A model generated the notes under the pieces. The model was not told the origin of the DNA. It ran no database searches and saw only the letters and a list, made by a program, of their open reading frames with translations. Shown here piece after piece: positions 50,486 through 64,000 of a stretch of 64,000 nucleotides of DNA. The DNA lies in NCBI GenBank assembly GCA_965113315.1, contig OZ220365.1; one strand, written 5' to 3'. Within the stretch, counting starts at the first letter, position 1. The number at the start of each line of letters is the position of its first letter. Both the position numbers and the translations under genes were made by a program. Source of the stretch: Podarcis vaucheri (Eukaryota).

Positions 50486-53400
50486 TATTTATATTTATTC
50501 TGGCATGTGAGGAAGAAGGCTAGGTTAGCAACCTTCTTCCTGACATTACAACTTTGTGTGCAAAGAATTGTTTAGGTATGTGAGTTCACGTGAGTTCCCA
50601 CCAGCAATGTGAAATTGTACAGCCTAGGCACAGATTGGCCACTGCAGTGAAACCGCTAGTCTCTCCCTCTTCTTCCTTCTCAGTGGTTTTGGCGGTGTTA
50701 CGCAATAGTCCCTTTTTATCCCACCTCTCTAGAGTTATATGGGACAGGTAGTTTTGTAATGCTCCTGGTTAATCCAGACAGTGGTCTGTCTTGCAGAGGG
50801 AGGAAAGAAAAGAGGTCTAGGTACTGGTTTGGCTTCTGTGTGCTTGTCTGCCTCTTTGGTGCAGAGTCTGTGGGAAAGATGCCAGATCCTCCTAAGAAGC
50901 TGTCATGGAACTGGGGAGAAGCCAGCCAGAGAGAAGGGCGTTAGTGAAAGGTTTTTAATTACTGTCTTTGCTATTGGTCATAGTCACACAGACTGGGGTG
51001 GCAGGAGGCAAAGAAATGTGTTAAAGGTCTTTCTACGTTATGTAATGTATGTTACGATAGAAAAGCTGGTGCCAGCTGATATGGAGCAGCTGTCTAGGGA
51101 GGAATGTGACTGTATTAAATAACATTAAGCTAGCTGCAGCATGGATGACACACTCTTTTGAGCCTTATATATCCTTAAAAAACAAACAAGCTCTTCAGAG
51201 GTGAAGGTTTTGAAGAATAGCGGTCCTTTAAGTGGGATGCTATAGATGCCTTCTGTGTACAGTAGGGAAAACTATACTACTTTTATAGGTATGTAAGCCA
51301 CTTTTTTAAAGATTGATGATAATGTGCACATACATTTGAGTTTGATAATATTGTAAACTTGGCGTTAAACAGTAGACAGTCCTTGGGATTTGCTGGTTTA
51401 CCTGTGATTCTGTTTACCTTTTTGTTTATCTCAGTCTTAATTGTTTTAAACAAAATTAATCACATTGGCTCAGGATTGTGGAATTTGAACATAAGCTTCA
51501 GTATATAGACCATGTATTTCTTGTATAAAAAGTACCAGATAGACTTGAGTAACATAGCACAGGGTGACTTAAAGCTTCCAATATGTGTCTGTTGACCTCA
51601 TCTTGTAATTCTCTGACAAATTTGTTATCAACCAGTTTATCTCTTCTCCAAAGCAAATGAAATACTAGCAGTGCAATAATAAACAAGCATGCTAGGCCGT
51701 AATTGTGTTGAAGTACATTGTGATGCAAGTTATTTATGTTCATTTATGGTAGCGATTAAAGAATTGTACTCTTCCACCTGTACTATTATGTAGCATAGGC
51801 AAAGGGGCTCTCTGGACCCCTCTCCTGTGATGTGAGGAGAAATTTTTCCAGGACCCCCCCCCCCTTCTTAAACATCTCAACCATTCTGCTCTGTATGTAT
51901 GTTGGCATGGCAAATAGAGAGGTGCTGAGGTTCCTAAAGGAAAGTCTTTGTACCTACCTAAAGCATCAATGGGGAAAGAGAAGCGTCAGTATGGAGCCTA
52001 TATTGCACATTTCAAAATATGGTTTCTATTAAAAATAGTTTCTGACCAGGGTGTTAAAGCAGTAAGGTGGTTTAATCCTAAATACACTTAGGGCTTTCTA
52101 ACCTGAGGACTAATATCTGAAGCAGATTTGGGTTATTTGGGGTGATGGTGGTGGAGATGAAGGTGAAGTCTCATTGGTGAGTAGAGGTCTGTTCTGCTCA
52201 TATGCCACTGGATTTCACCCTTAGTTAATACTTTTCTGGCTTAAGATCTCATGCTAAGTATGTATTCCTCAAAGCATATCACTTTGCTGTTGTAGAATAC
52301 AATTCAGCACCTCAATTTTATAGGGCTATAGCTGAAAGAAACAGAAATGCTTCATTTCAGTTTATCAGTAGCATTCTGCATTGATACCATGCAATTCTCC
52401 CTCCTGAACTTGAGTAGGCTGGGATGCTGCAATGCAGTATCAGAACCATAAATACTCTGGTTGATTTATTTCTCTGTGTGAAGAAGTTGTCAACACTTTG
52501 GGCTATCAGCTGAGAAATAACTTGGATGCTGCTGTTACAAACCCTGCAGTGTACACAGATCCTTTGACCGACGTCATGGAAATTATGCAGTTCCACCGAT
52601 GGATATTAGTTCTACTTTAAGGAAAATGGGTAGTAAGTGCAGTCCTACTCCGAGTAGATCCATTGAAATCAATGGTCATGGATAACTTGGGTTCATTAAT
52701 TTCATTGGGTGTATTCTTACTAGGTCTACAACCTAATGTTAAGACACAGCTGCATTAAAAAAAACACATGCAAGAAACATCATTTTAATTGATTTCATCC
52801 CCCCCCTCCTTATTGCACATAGCAAAACAAAGCCAGTTCTGCATTTTGGTATGTTTCTGCCCAAAACGGAACTGCTGAGCACAGTAGCTTGTAATTGTAT
52901 GGGCATTTTAGAACCATTGGGTATGGGTGTGTGCCCTGCCATTCTTTCACTTTTTGTTTTTAAGCTTCACGTTTTGTTTTTAAGAAAATGGCAGCCAATC
53001 AGACGTTTTCTCGAGATCAAGTTATAAAACATTTTAATAAGAATGGAAAGCGATGTTTTGAAGTCTCCCCAGGCCCAGCTGCTTCTTCCTCTCTCTTCAT
53101 CAGAAAAAGCAGCAGTGGCTTCTCCTTCCTTAATAACTCTCCCTAAAGACTCCTGCCACTGTTCCCTGCTACACAAAGTTTGTGTGGATAGTTGTAGTGC
53201 AGTTGTTTGATGTCCACAGAGAGCACATGATCTGAAAGAATATCACTTCTTCAGAACGATGCCAAAGACAGTGTGACTGCAGAATGAATCTCCATGCATC
53301 TCCACAGATCATGCAAAGAAAGCCAGGAAAGCTCCCTGCAGGGTTTCATAGTCCTGATATTTACAGCAAAGTACCAAAACAAACAAACAAAAAATTTGCT

Positions 53401-54462
53401 GACCCTGATAAATAGGAACCCGCAGAAAAATTGTAAACATATGTAAATGTGTAGTTTGACCGCTTTGGTGCCTGGACTACAAACTCAACCTAGCTTATCT
53501 CACACAGCTGTTGTGGTGATAAAAGTAGGAAGGGGAAGGCAATCAACACGGTCTGGAGCTCCTGAGAGGGAAATCGAGATACAAATATACAAAACATATA
53601 TGCACTCAAAACATATTGCCTGCCTTGATTTTAAAGAATATTTGCATTAAAATACCTTCCTGCGTCCAGCTTCTCCTACTTTATCTGTTGCTCTTTGGTG
53701 GGGATGGTCCACATTCCTTCCGCTGATGGCTTAGCAACAGTGATTAAGTGTCCTTAGCAATGTTGCTGCCTGTTGAGTTGCCGAAGCCTTCGTGTTTTGC
53801 TCTCTAACTTCCTTCAGAAATGTCCAACTGAGTGACTTTTTTTTGGGGGGGGGAGAAAATTAAGAATCTGGGGCAACTGTTGGTCTTGCCCCCCCCCCAT
53901 CTGACCTCTTCTACGCATCTGTCAGCAGGCCCTGCTCAGTACTGCCTCATGGCAGAGTTTCTGTTGATTGTAAGCAACCTTACAAATATTTGTATTCTTT
54001 AAAGTCGGGATATAAATCAGGTGGGGAAACTGAGGCCTGGGGACCAAATGTGGCCCTTTAAGCCTCTCTGCCTGGCTCTCATAATTTTCCTTAGGCCATA
54101 CCCCTCACTGGCCTTTCTTCACACCTTGAATGTTTTTGCCTGGCTTGAATGTGTCCCTGAACTCTGATAATTCCTCTTGGTTGTCCGCATGGAAGATAGA
54201 GAAGGATGTGTGAGTGTGTGTGGAAACTAACCTACTGTGCAAAGGTAAAATTTGCATTCTTTGCTCACATTTGCCTCTGGCCCCACCCTCTCCTGACATG
54301 CGGCCCTTGGAAGATTCTCCAGAAGGGAATTCAGTATAACTGGATTTTTTAAATAAAGGTATAATATTGAGATGTATACAGAAATGACCTGCTCCTAAAC
54401 TAGAGCTTTTTTTGCCCCCTTTTTCAATAGGGTACAGCAGCCGTTGAACATCATTCACAAGC

Positions 54463-54511
54463 ATGTCACCTTGCCGCATTACCTTTGAAGTAAGAGGAAT
54501 ACCACCACCAG
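54463..54511 (+). CDS. GPCPD1: GPCPD1 (GDE5, glycerophosphocholine phosphodiesterase) first coding exon; exon 54431-54511; MSPCRITFEVRGIPPP(G)
   Basis: Acceptor ttttcaatag|, donor CAG|GTACAA, phase 1. Matches the remembered human MTPSQVAFEIRGTLLPG. Confidence 0.92.
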
Positions 54512-55864
54512 GTACAAAACACTTGTAACAAGCTTTGGCTTTCTGACATGCAAGCGTATGCATGCATGCTCATGTCCCTTGTAAACTTTGGCACCAGTGT
54601 TTTTTCCAACCCACTTGTATTCTCTTCCTCTTTAGATAGAGAGAGAGAGAGATAAAAATTGAGTACCCTACATACTTGGTCCCCTTCACACAGCTTCCTA
54701 GGTCTCTGTCTGCCCTTTTTCGACCTCTCTTTATATCTCCACCCTCCACTGCCGAGCTCTGCCAACAAAGCTGCATTGATCTCGTAACAACTACTGTCCA
54801 AGTCACCTACTTGATCCTTTTCCCTTGCCAGGTGACCTGTTCAGAAATATTACATAATGGCCCAAGCTCACCAGGCAGCAGACAAGTTATTGGTGTCTCA
54901 GATAACAGTCAGTCAACTGTTTTTAGCTTAGTACACATAACCTGTATAAATGCTTACAGGACTTATTTAGTGTAAGAATGTGTCACACAAATGTTCCTAC
55001 AAGGCTGACCAGCAGCTTGTACACAGCTTTGGGATATCATTTCACCTCTCTCCACCCCACCCCTGCCCTTCCCCCATGGATCCATATAGTGTTATGTGTG
55101 TATCGAGTAGTGCTGGGAATGGTATTTCACTGCAGTGAATAAATGCTTAGGTTGCCACTTTCCAGGCTCACAGCACATACAAATTATCTGTTTCCTTTTC
55201 TTCAATCCTCGCTTTGTTACTGCAGAACAGCCTGGTTTAGTGAACTAATTGTAACTAATTAGCAGCCCCCCTCCCAAATAAGCGTTGAAAGGTTATCTGC
55301 TAACAGATTGATACATGGGCAGGGTCTGTTCCCAGAGGGCTTTAGCACCCTGTTGCTGGGCTTTCTGAGTGAGAGAAAGACTGAGAGTTGAATGCAAAAA
55401 AGTAATTGTGTGAGTGGAACAACTTCCATTTGTACAGTGGAGCCATCCCTCACTCTTCTGCCGCCCATGTCCCCTCAAATCTCTTCCAGGGGATTAGGAG
55501 AACCCTGGAACAGATGGGGGGGGGCATGGCAGGAGGAGAGTGAGCAGAAGTTCCACCCATGTAGTAACTTCATGAGATGCAAGTCTTAGAGATTCGCCCC
55601 CCCTCCTTAGGTCTGCCTTGCCTTATGTGTGCTTGGACAGGCACATAAATTCCTCTTGCTGCTTGTTTAGTTCTATGATTTTCAGATAGCGTTTTGAATA
55701 TTCTTAAAAGAAAAGCAGTTCAGAAGTTGAATAATTTTGAGTCTGCGTCTGTTCTTAGTGTGGGCCTGATACGTTACATAATATTGGCAAAAGTGTGTTG
55801 TGAAAACTCTTAAATGTTCAGAAGCTTTATTGTATGCTTTCTAGCATATATTTCTTTTTTCTAG

Positions 55865-55961
55865 GAGAAGTTTTGGCAATATGTGGCAGTTGCAATTCTC
55901 TGGGAAGTTGGGATCCCCAATCCGCGGTAATCCTACAGCCGGAGGAGGAGGCTGGTGATGT
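55865..55961 (+). CDS. GPCPD1: GPCPD1 coding exon 2 (97 nt), CBM20 domain: EVLAICGSCNSLGSWDPQSAVILQPEEEAGD(V)
   Basis: Sites tttctag|GA and GT|GTAAGT; phases fit both neighbours. CBM20 motif G-x3-LG-x-W; human EVFAICGSCDALGNWNPQNAVAL. Confidence 0.95.
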
Positions 55962-56468
55962 GTAAGTTTCTTTCAGTAGCACATTTTGAAATTCTCAACC
56001 ATGCATGCAGGCTGGCTTGACACCAATTATACAGTTCAAGTGCTACTTCTTGTTCTTTACCTCAACTTCTGAGCACCTCATTCTAGAAGACAAATGACAC
56101 TCGAGGTGGATTATCCCTTCTGGCTTGGTACGTCTTTCAATCCTGCTTAAGCACTTGAATTGCTCACATTTGTTTCAAGCATGCCTGTAAAAACGTACTT
56201 TCACCCACATAACACATTCAACTACAGTGTCCATCGCCCCAGTAGCATGGCCACTGGTCAAAGATAATGAGGGGTGTAGTCCAACAATATATGGAGTGTC
56301 CATTGGCTACTCCTGCATACCTTCATCAAATGTTACCTTTTCCCCAGCCCCTTCCAGTGTGATTCAGAAAGCTGCACAGTGAGTTCTTTGCGTGCAGTAG
56401 GCATCTTGTTCCTTTTCTTTACCCCAGCAGTTTCCTCTTGCCTCATGAGAAGAGACAAATCTGATGTA

Positions 56469-57041
56469 CCGTATTTTTCGCCCTATAGGACGCACTTTTC
56501 CCCCTCCAAAAATGAAGGGGAAATCTGGGTGCGTCCTATGGGGCGAATGCAGGCTTTTGCTGAAGCTTGGAGAGCGAGAGGGGTCGGTGCGCACCGACCC
56601 CTCTCGCTCTCCAGGCTTCAGGAAGACATCCGCAGCCTAGGCAGCCCTGCGGGAGGTCCTGCAGGGCTCCCCACGCTGCGGATAGCAGCCTGCCGCCCAG
56701 CGCGAGGGGCGCCCTGAAGCAGAGCGCCCCCCGCGCCAGGCAGACATCCGCAGCGTGGGGAGCCTTGCAGGAGTTCCCCGCAAGGCTCCCCATGCTGCGG
56801 ATAGCAGCCTGCCGCCCAGCGCGAGGGGCGCCCTGATGCAGAGCGCACCTCGCGCGGGGCAGACATCGGCCAGCCCCACAAGCTCGAGGGACAGCAGGGA
56901 GGCGCAGCGCCGCCATCCCGCTGTTCCTCGACCTGGTTCTGTTTCCCCGACCTGCTTTTGTGGGGGTAATAAAGGGAATTTTTTCCCCCTTTATTTCCCC
57001 CCCAAAAAAACTAGGTGCGTCCTATGGGACGAAAAATACAG
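56469..57041. mobile_element. pogo/Tc2-like MITE family C with internal palindrome and ~118-bp GC-rich tandem duplication
   Basis: TA+CCGTATTTTTCG...CGAAAAATACAG+TA; accounts for the cluster of spurious GC-rich ORFs at 56.4-57.1 kb. Confidence 0.85.
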
Positions 57042-57231
57042 TAGCTTTAAGGCCTCTAAGTTCAGTTTTTTAATACTATCATAGCAGTGGTTGCACTTAG
57101 GCGGGGGGAAATCCCTGGTGTCTGCTTTTCTCAAATATAACTGAGAACTCAGCCCTTATTGGATCACTGTGCTATGAATGAGCGCCACTCATTTTCCACG
57201 TGCAGCTAATTGCATGGATGCTTTTAAAATA

Positions 57232-57458
57232 CAGTGGTACCTCGGGTTAAATACTTAATTCGTTCTGGAGGTCTGTTCTTAACCTGAAGCACCACTTTAG
57301 CTAATGGGGCCTCCTGCTGCCGCTGCGCCGCCGGAGCGCGATTTCTGTTCTCTCATCCTGAAGCAAAGTTCTTAACCCAAGGTACTATTTCTGGGTTAGC
57401 AGAGTCTGTAACCTGAAGCGTATGTAAGCTGAAGCATTTGTAACCTGAGGTACCACTG
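57232..57458. mobile_element. MITE family A
   Basis: Both TIRs present, TA TSDs. Confidence 0.88.
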
Positions 57459-57627
57459 TACATAGTGTCACTGCAGAAATGGCCCTTTGAAACAACATGG
57501 AAGAAAAAGTCAGATACCTTGTATTCCGAGGGGTGTGCGCGCACACAGGGATTTTTAAAGCAAGTGTCATTGTTGTACAGCCATCCTATATCTTTTCTAA
57601 AATGTTTTCAAAAACACTTTTCTGCAG

Positions 57628-57712
57628 TCTGCTATGGAGAACTACAGTTCAACTTCCTAGGGGAGATGAAATTGAATATCGATACTTTCAGGGGACCTTT
57701 TTAGAACCCCAG
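57628..57712 (+). CDS. GPCPD1: GPCPD1 coding exon 3 (85 nt): LLWRTTVQLPRGDEIEYRYFQGTFLEPQ
   Basis: Sites ttttctgcag| and CAG|GTACGT. CBM20 W...EY[RK]Y motif; human MLWKATIVLSRGVSVQYRYFKGYFLEPK. Confidence 0.95.
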
Positions 57713-59327
57713 GTACGTATGCCTAAATAAGCACCAATATAACTTGTTGACTAACTCTTAGGGATAAGTTCCCAGTGGTATGGTGTTTGGAAATAGCCCA
57801 CAGCATAGTTGGCTGTTGGATTCATTTTGAATTCAATTCTCCTGTTTTTAACTTCAGTAAAAGCTTCCTACCCAGAAAGCAGTTGTGTATGAGACCTTGA
57901 ATTCTGTGTGGAGAGTGTGCCTGCATGTAACCTTCTGCACAGTATTTGCAAACCACAAATCACTGCTTCCCAGCTTGCGTGCTGATCAAAATACTTATGT
58001 AAACTGATGCATGCCGTGATCTGCAAATCTTATGCTTTTCCTACCCAAGTGCTTTCTATGTAAGAAAGATGTAGAACGTGAAGCATATCAAGCTTAACTG
58101 GTGCATTCCCAAAAAATTATTGTTGCTTGTAACTTGTATTTAAAGAGTTTTAAACATGGCACAAGCATTTAACATACTAGCAACGTAAGTCCAGCAGTAG
58201 AAAGTAGCTAGATTTTGCCTAAGTAGTTTTGCAGCACACACTAGAAATCGGCGAAGGCTTGTGGACTCATAAGCCAGAACCCTTGCCGAAGTTAGAATTT
58301 ATGCCTTTCTGCCCACACCCTTTTAAATATTGCCAAATGTCTAAAGTATGGAAGAGAATTCAGCTACAATGTAGTGGGGTTTTTTTTAAAAGAAAAACAA
58401 TCTGAAGTAAATCAAGTTCCCTTGTAATACATGCAAACTTCACAGAACGTTTTTGGTGAGTTTGTTTCCTTTTAAGTAGGTGCTCTGTATTGTGCACTCT
58501 GTAAGTTCCGTGTGACGCAGAGTCTTCTGTGGTAAGTATGAATTTTATGGAATAGCAGAGTAGAGACATATGGATAGAGCCCATATTGATGGACACTGTG
58601 AGCCCCGATATTGGCAAAAGTGTGCATTTTTATTGCAGTGTGGTTATTCTAGCATAAAGAATGTATTGTTCCCATGTGAGGATATAATACAGTGAAGCTG
58701 AAAGCAGGAGCGATACTAAGAACACAAAGTAGAATGTGGCGACTGACTGTAACATAAGTAAACGTAACATTAAATGCTCCTGTGTATTGAATTAATAATC
58801 TGTGCTTTCATTAAATGGCTTTTCCTGTTGCATTTTTTCCATTTCCAGTCATTTCACTTATCCCTGATTGGTGTTAATGACTAGTATGTTTTGTAGTCAT
58901 TATTATTATTTGTCCAATTTATATACCGCCCTTTATCCAAAGATCCCTGGGCAGTGTTCAACATTAAAAATACATTGCAAAACATTCACATTTTTTTATA
59001 AGTTGAGAAACTGCCTACAATTAGACTAAGGCTCATATAAGAGCCAAATGAAGGGGTTTTTATACACAGAAATGTGTCAAGTGTCATGAACCAGGAAATA
59101 AAACAGACTTTCTAGTTGCAGTCTTAATGCTTATAGGGCAAGTTAACAGGTTCACTGTTTTTTACATAAACTTTTAAACACAAGGGTGATAAATCTCTGA
59201 TTTTACCATGATGTTGTGACTAACACCTTAGAAGGTGAATCACAAATTTGTTGTTGATAGAAGTGCATTTAGAATACTAAATATATGTTAACGATTTCTT
59301 AGACCATGACAGAAATACCTGTCAAGA

Positions 59328-59785
59328 TAATAATAATAATAATATAATAATAATAATTTTTTATTTATACCCCGCCCTCCCCAGCCAAGGCCGGGCTCAG
59401 AGCGGCTTACAAGCAATAATAAAAACAAGATGAATGATTACAACTTAAAAACAAAAATAAAATACAACATTAAAATAATGGAACATTAAAATATTAAAAT
59501 GTAGCCTCATTGCAGGAGAAGGAAAAGAAAAAAGAAAATGGGGGGGAGGGAATCAAATTGGCTCCAAGCCAAAGGCCAGGCGGAACAACTCTGTCTTACA
59601 GGCCCTGCGGAAAGAAATCAGATCCTGCAGGGCCCTGGTCTCATGAGACAGAGCGTTCCACCAAGTTGGGGCCAGTGCTGAAAAGGCCCTGACTCTGGTT
59701 GAAGCCAATCTAACTTCCTTAGTGCCTGGGACCACTAGGTGTTGTTATTTATGGACCTTGAGGCTCTCCGTGGGGCATACCAGGC
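59328..59785 (-). mobile_element. L2-clade LINE 3' end
   Basis: RAFSALAPTWWNALSHETRALQDLISFRRACKTELFRLAF; (TTA)n tail. The same family tail occurs at 32955-33100 and 4121-4395; further L2 tails at 60885-61055 and 47180-47285. Confidence 0.85.
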
Positions 59786-62700
59786 GATTGAATATGTAAA
59801 CCTAAACCTAGGCCTGGTTCATAATTTGAGTAGTCCAAGTGGCATTTTTCTGCTAACATGTGTAATGTATGACTCCATCTTACTTTCAAATATATGAGAT
59901 AATTGACATGATGCTTCTTTAAATATTATTACCAAGGAGACTGACTTCTTGTCTGTTACTGCTGTTAAACTCCTCATTAAGTGGTCTTGGACTAATTTGA
60001 ATTGGGGCAGATGACAGCTATGTAGTCAGTTGTTATTATTGGGAACAGTTACAGTTCCCTAACTTCCCAGTTGTAAAAATAGTTCACATTGCTTAGATGC
60101 TTGCGAAGCTTGGTTGGGCAGAAAGCTATGAAGATGATTTCTTGAATCTAGAGCATTATTCGTTAGCTTTGTTCCCCAACTTCCTTAGTCCCTCACTATT
60201 GGCTAAACTGACGGGATTATGGGAGGTTTACTCCAACAACATTGGGGGACACAAGAGTGATCTATAGTAGCTTAAGAGACAGCAGTTCACTCTCATCAGG
60301 CCCTCTCCTTTGCTTTAGAAATAAAATTACACTAAGAGACCATGGGCAGAGTACAAATAGCTGGCACCTTCTTGGCTCTCTAGGAAGCCATTTTCCTTTT
60401 TATATGACGCTTTCCTTCGAAACATTAAGCAAATATTTTTCTATACCCCATCCCATACTTCTATTGTATTCTCTTACAAGATCCTTATGCTTTCTTAGAA
60501 AATTACCTGACCCTGGTAACTCAAAAGTTAACTTTCTGTTGTTAATCATCTGTTTCTAGAAGTGTCTTACAAAAACCCCACCCACCCACTCTGCTAGCAG
60601 CCATAGATACTGGCTAGAAAAGATAAGTCTATCCAGTATGAAACTGCTTGCACAACTTTTTTCAAATAAATTTCATTTGGGGTGCATATGCCATCCATTC
60701 TGATTTAGCTACTGAATAGCACAATGTCCACAAAAGATAATACTGCCTTATAAGTTAAAAACATATTGCATTTTCAGATGATTTATTTTATTTAGTGTGT
60801 GTTGTATGACCATAGATCCAGTTGTACAAACATTTAATTTAATAAGCTACATGGGCTTAATGGCTCAAAGACACAAACTAATCTCCCTGTGGAACGCCCT
60901 CCCATCAGATGTCAAGGAGATAAATAACTATACAACTTTTAGAAGACATCTGAAGCCAGCCCTGTATTGGGAAGTTTTTTAAGTCTGATGTTTTATTTAT
61001 ATGCATTGGAAACCACCCGGAGTGGGTGGGGTATAATAAAATAATAATACTAATAATTGTTATATTTTGAACTTGTAAAACCTCAGCAGATGTTGTATGG
61101 ATGACTCTGTTGTTCCCAGTGTCTGAAGTGAGAACAAATGGTCTTGGGTCTTTGTGAATTATACTGTGCTTTTGATTTTAAAATATATGATTCTTAAATA
61201 GATTTTTAATCTAAAAATAGGAGGGTCAGCTCTACAGCTGAATAATGGCAATAACTGTAGGCGGAAGCACAATTCTTTGCTTTGTACTTGGAAGGAAGGG
61301 CAGAATCCAGTGTTGTGTGAATGGACTTCCACTTGTGTAATGGGATTTCATCTTCCTCTCCTCCCCCTGCAGTCCCCCTCACACCCTCAGGATCGGCTCT
61401 GGAGGGCTGGGGAATCCTCTAAAGCAGATATTGGGAGTATTTGGGACTGCAGGAGGATGGAGAGTCATTAAAAAGCGTATGTCTGCTTCCATGCGAACAG
61501 CATTAGATACAACCCTTTGTCTCACTATTTTTAGTGGGGCTTATTCCCTGGAAAATGTGTTTAGAATTGCAGTCTTAGGTTCTTAAATAAATGTTTGCTA
61601 ATTCAAGTAGATTCTTTAGGAGTACTGTATTCTGTGAATGCATACACTTGGATTGGAAGAAGAAAGAGTTCTCAAAACTTAGTAATGTGTACAACTTGTT
61701 TACAGTCTATCTGGATTCTGAGCAGTTCCTATTTTTAGGATGTGTTGAGACATAGACATCTCAAGAAGTTTCATTACTATTTTCAGGGGGGCACGGGGCT
61801 CATTTTTGATGCCAGCTAAGAAATTGCATCATGTGAAAACAAGCATGCTGTGATTGGCTTCTAATGCCACACTTATCCATCCTGTGGGTTACTTTTTGTC
61901 AGTGGTGGGGAGCCCTCAGGCTGTGGGCCTAATCAGGCCCGCAAGTCCTCCCCATTTGGCTCACAAGTCCATTTTGTCCAAACTGTGGCCACCTGTACTA
62001 CACCATAGATTGGCGGGGGGGGGGGCTTAGCCAAAAGGGGGTTTGCAGACACCCCCAATCAGCTGCAAACCAGGCTTTATAGATCAGCTAAGAACCCTCA
62101 AAATGGCAAATTTTGAGCACTCAACTCCTAAATAGAAATTTCAGCTGATCAGGCTGAAAGAGACACATTAATGATTCTTTTTTCCTTCCTAGCCTTCTGC
62201 CTTGTTCATTTCTGAGTTATACACATTCTCTATCCCCTTAACCAAAAATATACAAAAAAAACACACAACAACCCAGGAATATGTGTGTGTGTTTAAGGAA
62301 CTTTATTATTGGCATTCATTTTGAAATTCAGGCCTCTTGTTTTCACTGTGCTCAAAGCAATGGGTTGGATCCAAATAGCTGCTAATTCTCTTCCTCAGAC
62401 AATTGCACAGGAGTTCATACAGGGTTGTACTACATGGGTTATGATGGAGTTGTTATTCTTGTGAAAACTCTTCTATACAAGCAGGAAATTTTCACATATT
62501 TGGCACAGAAGCACAAAGCAGCCCTTCTTTGAACCGAAGACTCCTTCCACATGTGGAAAGGGAGCCTTAGATCCCCATTGTTTCCTATGCTGGTTCAGTG
62601 GTGGGGGGTGTTGTATCTGCATATATGTGCAGAAGATTTGGGGCTATGGTATGCTGTGCAGGCTTTGTGCTCTGTGTCACACTTGACTTCTGTGTCTGAC

Positions 62701-63332
62701 GCACTATAGAAAGCAAGAACAATTAGTTAAGCGCCCAAATTGGTTAGCATGCGTTTGCAATTTTTTGTGACTAGTTATACCCATACAACCGTTCCAAAAT
62801 TGGCCTGCTAGCATGTATGACGATTGCAACTATACTGGAAAACCCTACACTTGTCAGAATTTGTCACCTCTTAGGCTAGCTCACATAGCCATCTGGACCT
62901 GTGGAGTGGTGTCTGTGCATGGGATTGCATCCAGTGGCCTAGATCCTGACCCACATGTTCAGTCTAGCCTCCAAGCAGTACTGACTCATGCAGGCACTGT
63001 TCAGAGATTAGGCTGAATGCATAGGTGAAGGGGAAATGGGAGGATAGACTAAGGGGCTGCCATTGCAATCCCACCCACCCACCCCCCTTCAGTATAAGAT
63101 GGCAGTGTGATTTGAATGGGGTTTTTTGTCATAGGGTGATGAGATCCGTCTTAATGACATCAATGATTAATTATGGTATACATGGTGTGAATTAAACTTA
63201 AAGCTTTGCACTTCAAAGGTGGTATAAGTAAACTACGCTCACAAAGGATTGTAAAATGGCATCACTGGTTAAAAGATAAATAAATCGGGATTTAACGAAA
63301 ATTATTGCAGACATTTAACTTTTAAATTACAG

Positions 63333-63408
63333 AAAATCGGTGGTCCATGCCAAGTCATAATTCACAAGTGGGAGACTCATCTACCACCACGATCAATAAC
63401 CCCATTAG
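63333..63408 (+). CDS. GPCPD1: GPCPD1 coding exon 4 (76 nt): KIGGPCQVIIHKWETHLPPRSITPL; gene continues beyond the window
   Basis: Sites ttacag| and TAG|GTATGG. Nearly identical to human TIGGPCQVIVHKWETHLQPRSITPL. The four exons join in one open frame (49+97+85+76 nt). Confidence 0.95.
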
Positions 63409-64000
63409 GTATGGGCATGAACTGCATCTCTTTTGAGGCATATGCATAAGATTACTAATATTTTGCAAAACAGTTTAGTGGAATTGATAATATTTTGTAG
63501 GATTAAGACCACTGCTACAAAGGCACCATTTTTAGCACAGCACGAGCATTTAAAGTGTTTGTGAACAAAATAGTGTGGATTTGAAACGTAAATTCCATTT
63601 GTGCCTTCTTCTATTTAGGGGTCCACAGATTTTGGCTGTCTGCTAGGGAGGGTGCGCTGCCTCGTGATTTCACATTGGGCTTTGGAGGTGAGACATGGAT
63701 GAGCCCCATTCCTCCTCCCAAGGGCTCATAGCAGCTGATGTGCTGCTCTTTGAAGATCCTCTGCACTGAGGCTTGCCATGCTCACTAGACAGAGGAGGAA
63801 TTTGTGAACCCCCGGAGTCTTCATTAAAAGGAGGAGACAGGACATTTTAAAATTGACAATAGTCACTGCGCTTGGAGATTAAGCGCTCATGATTATGTTT
63901 TGTTTTGTTCTTTACAGACCATTTCTCTGTGGTGGAAACCATAAATTGACTGTGGCTAACATTAAGTCAGAGTACCAGTTGTTTTCGTAAGAGAGATTAT

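Noticed and set aside
63136-63200. Intronic C/D snoRNA (GTGATGA box)
   Set aside because: No CTGA D box or terminal stem at a suitable distance.
63919-64000. Next constitutive GPCPD1 exon after the acceptor at ~63918
   Set aside because: The translation does not match the expected ESEIIIDDGQFG segment and no donor is visible in the window.

Overview
Vertebrate genomic DNA from a squamate, most likely a lacertid lizard, judging by Sauria/Squam SINEs, BovB, L2, CR1-tailed SINEs, Penelope, and hAT and Tc1/mariner-pogo MITEs. Two genes are arranged head-to-head. On the minus strand is SHLD1 (shieldin subunit 1): a probable promoter/non-coding exon at ~32.4-32.55 kb and the first coding exon at 25382-25566. 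Its large terminal exon was not found and probably lies left of the window. On the plus strand is the 5' part of GPCPD1/GDE5: a CpG-island promoter at ~47.8-48.7 kb, non-coding exon 1, and four coding exons for the CBM20 domain; the gene runs off the right edge. The rest is intronic or intergenic and rich in transposon relics. The most notable observations are: (1) divergent Gypsy-like solo LTRs whose U3 carries a ~110-codon reading frame with a codon-level signature of purifying selection; (2) a short Penelope insertion forming an ~84-bp inverted repeat that contains an intact minimal hammerhead ribozyme; (3) a candidate in-frame cassette exon in GPCPD1 and a candidate poison exon in SHLD1; (4) covarying hairpins in MITEs and SINEs. 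There is one 148-nt assembly gap. Gene identities rest on remembered human protein sequences and synteny, not on a database search.
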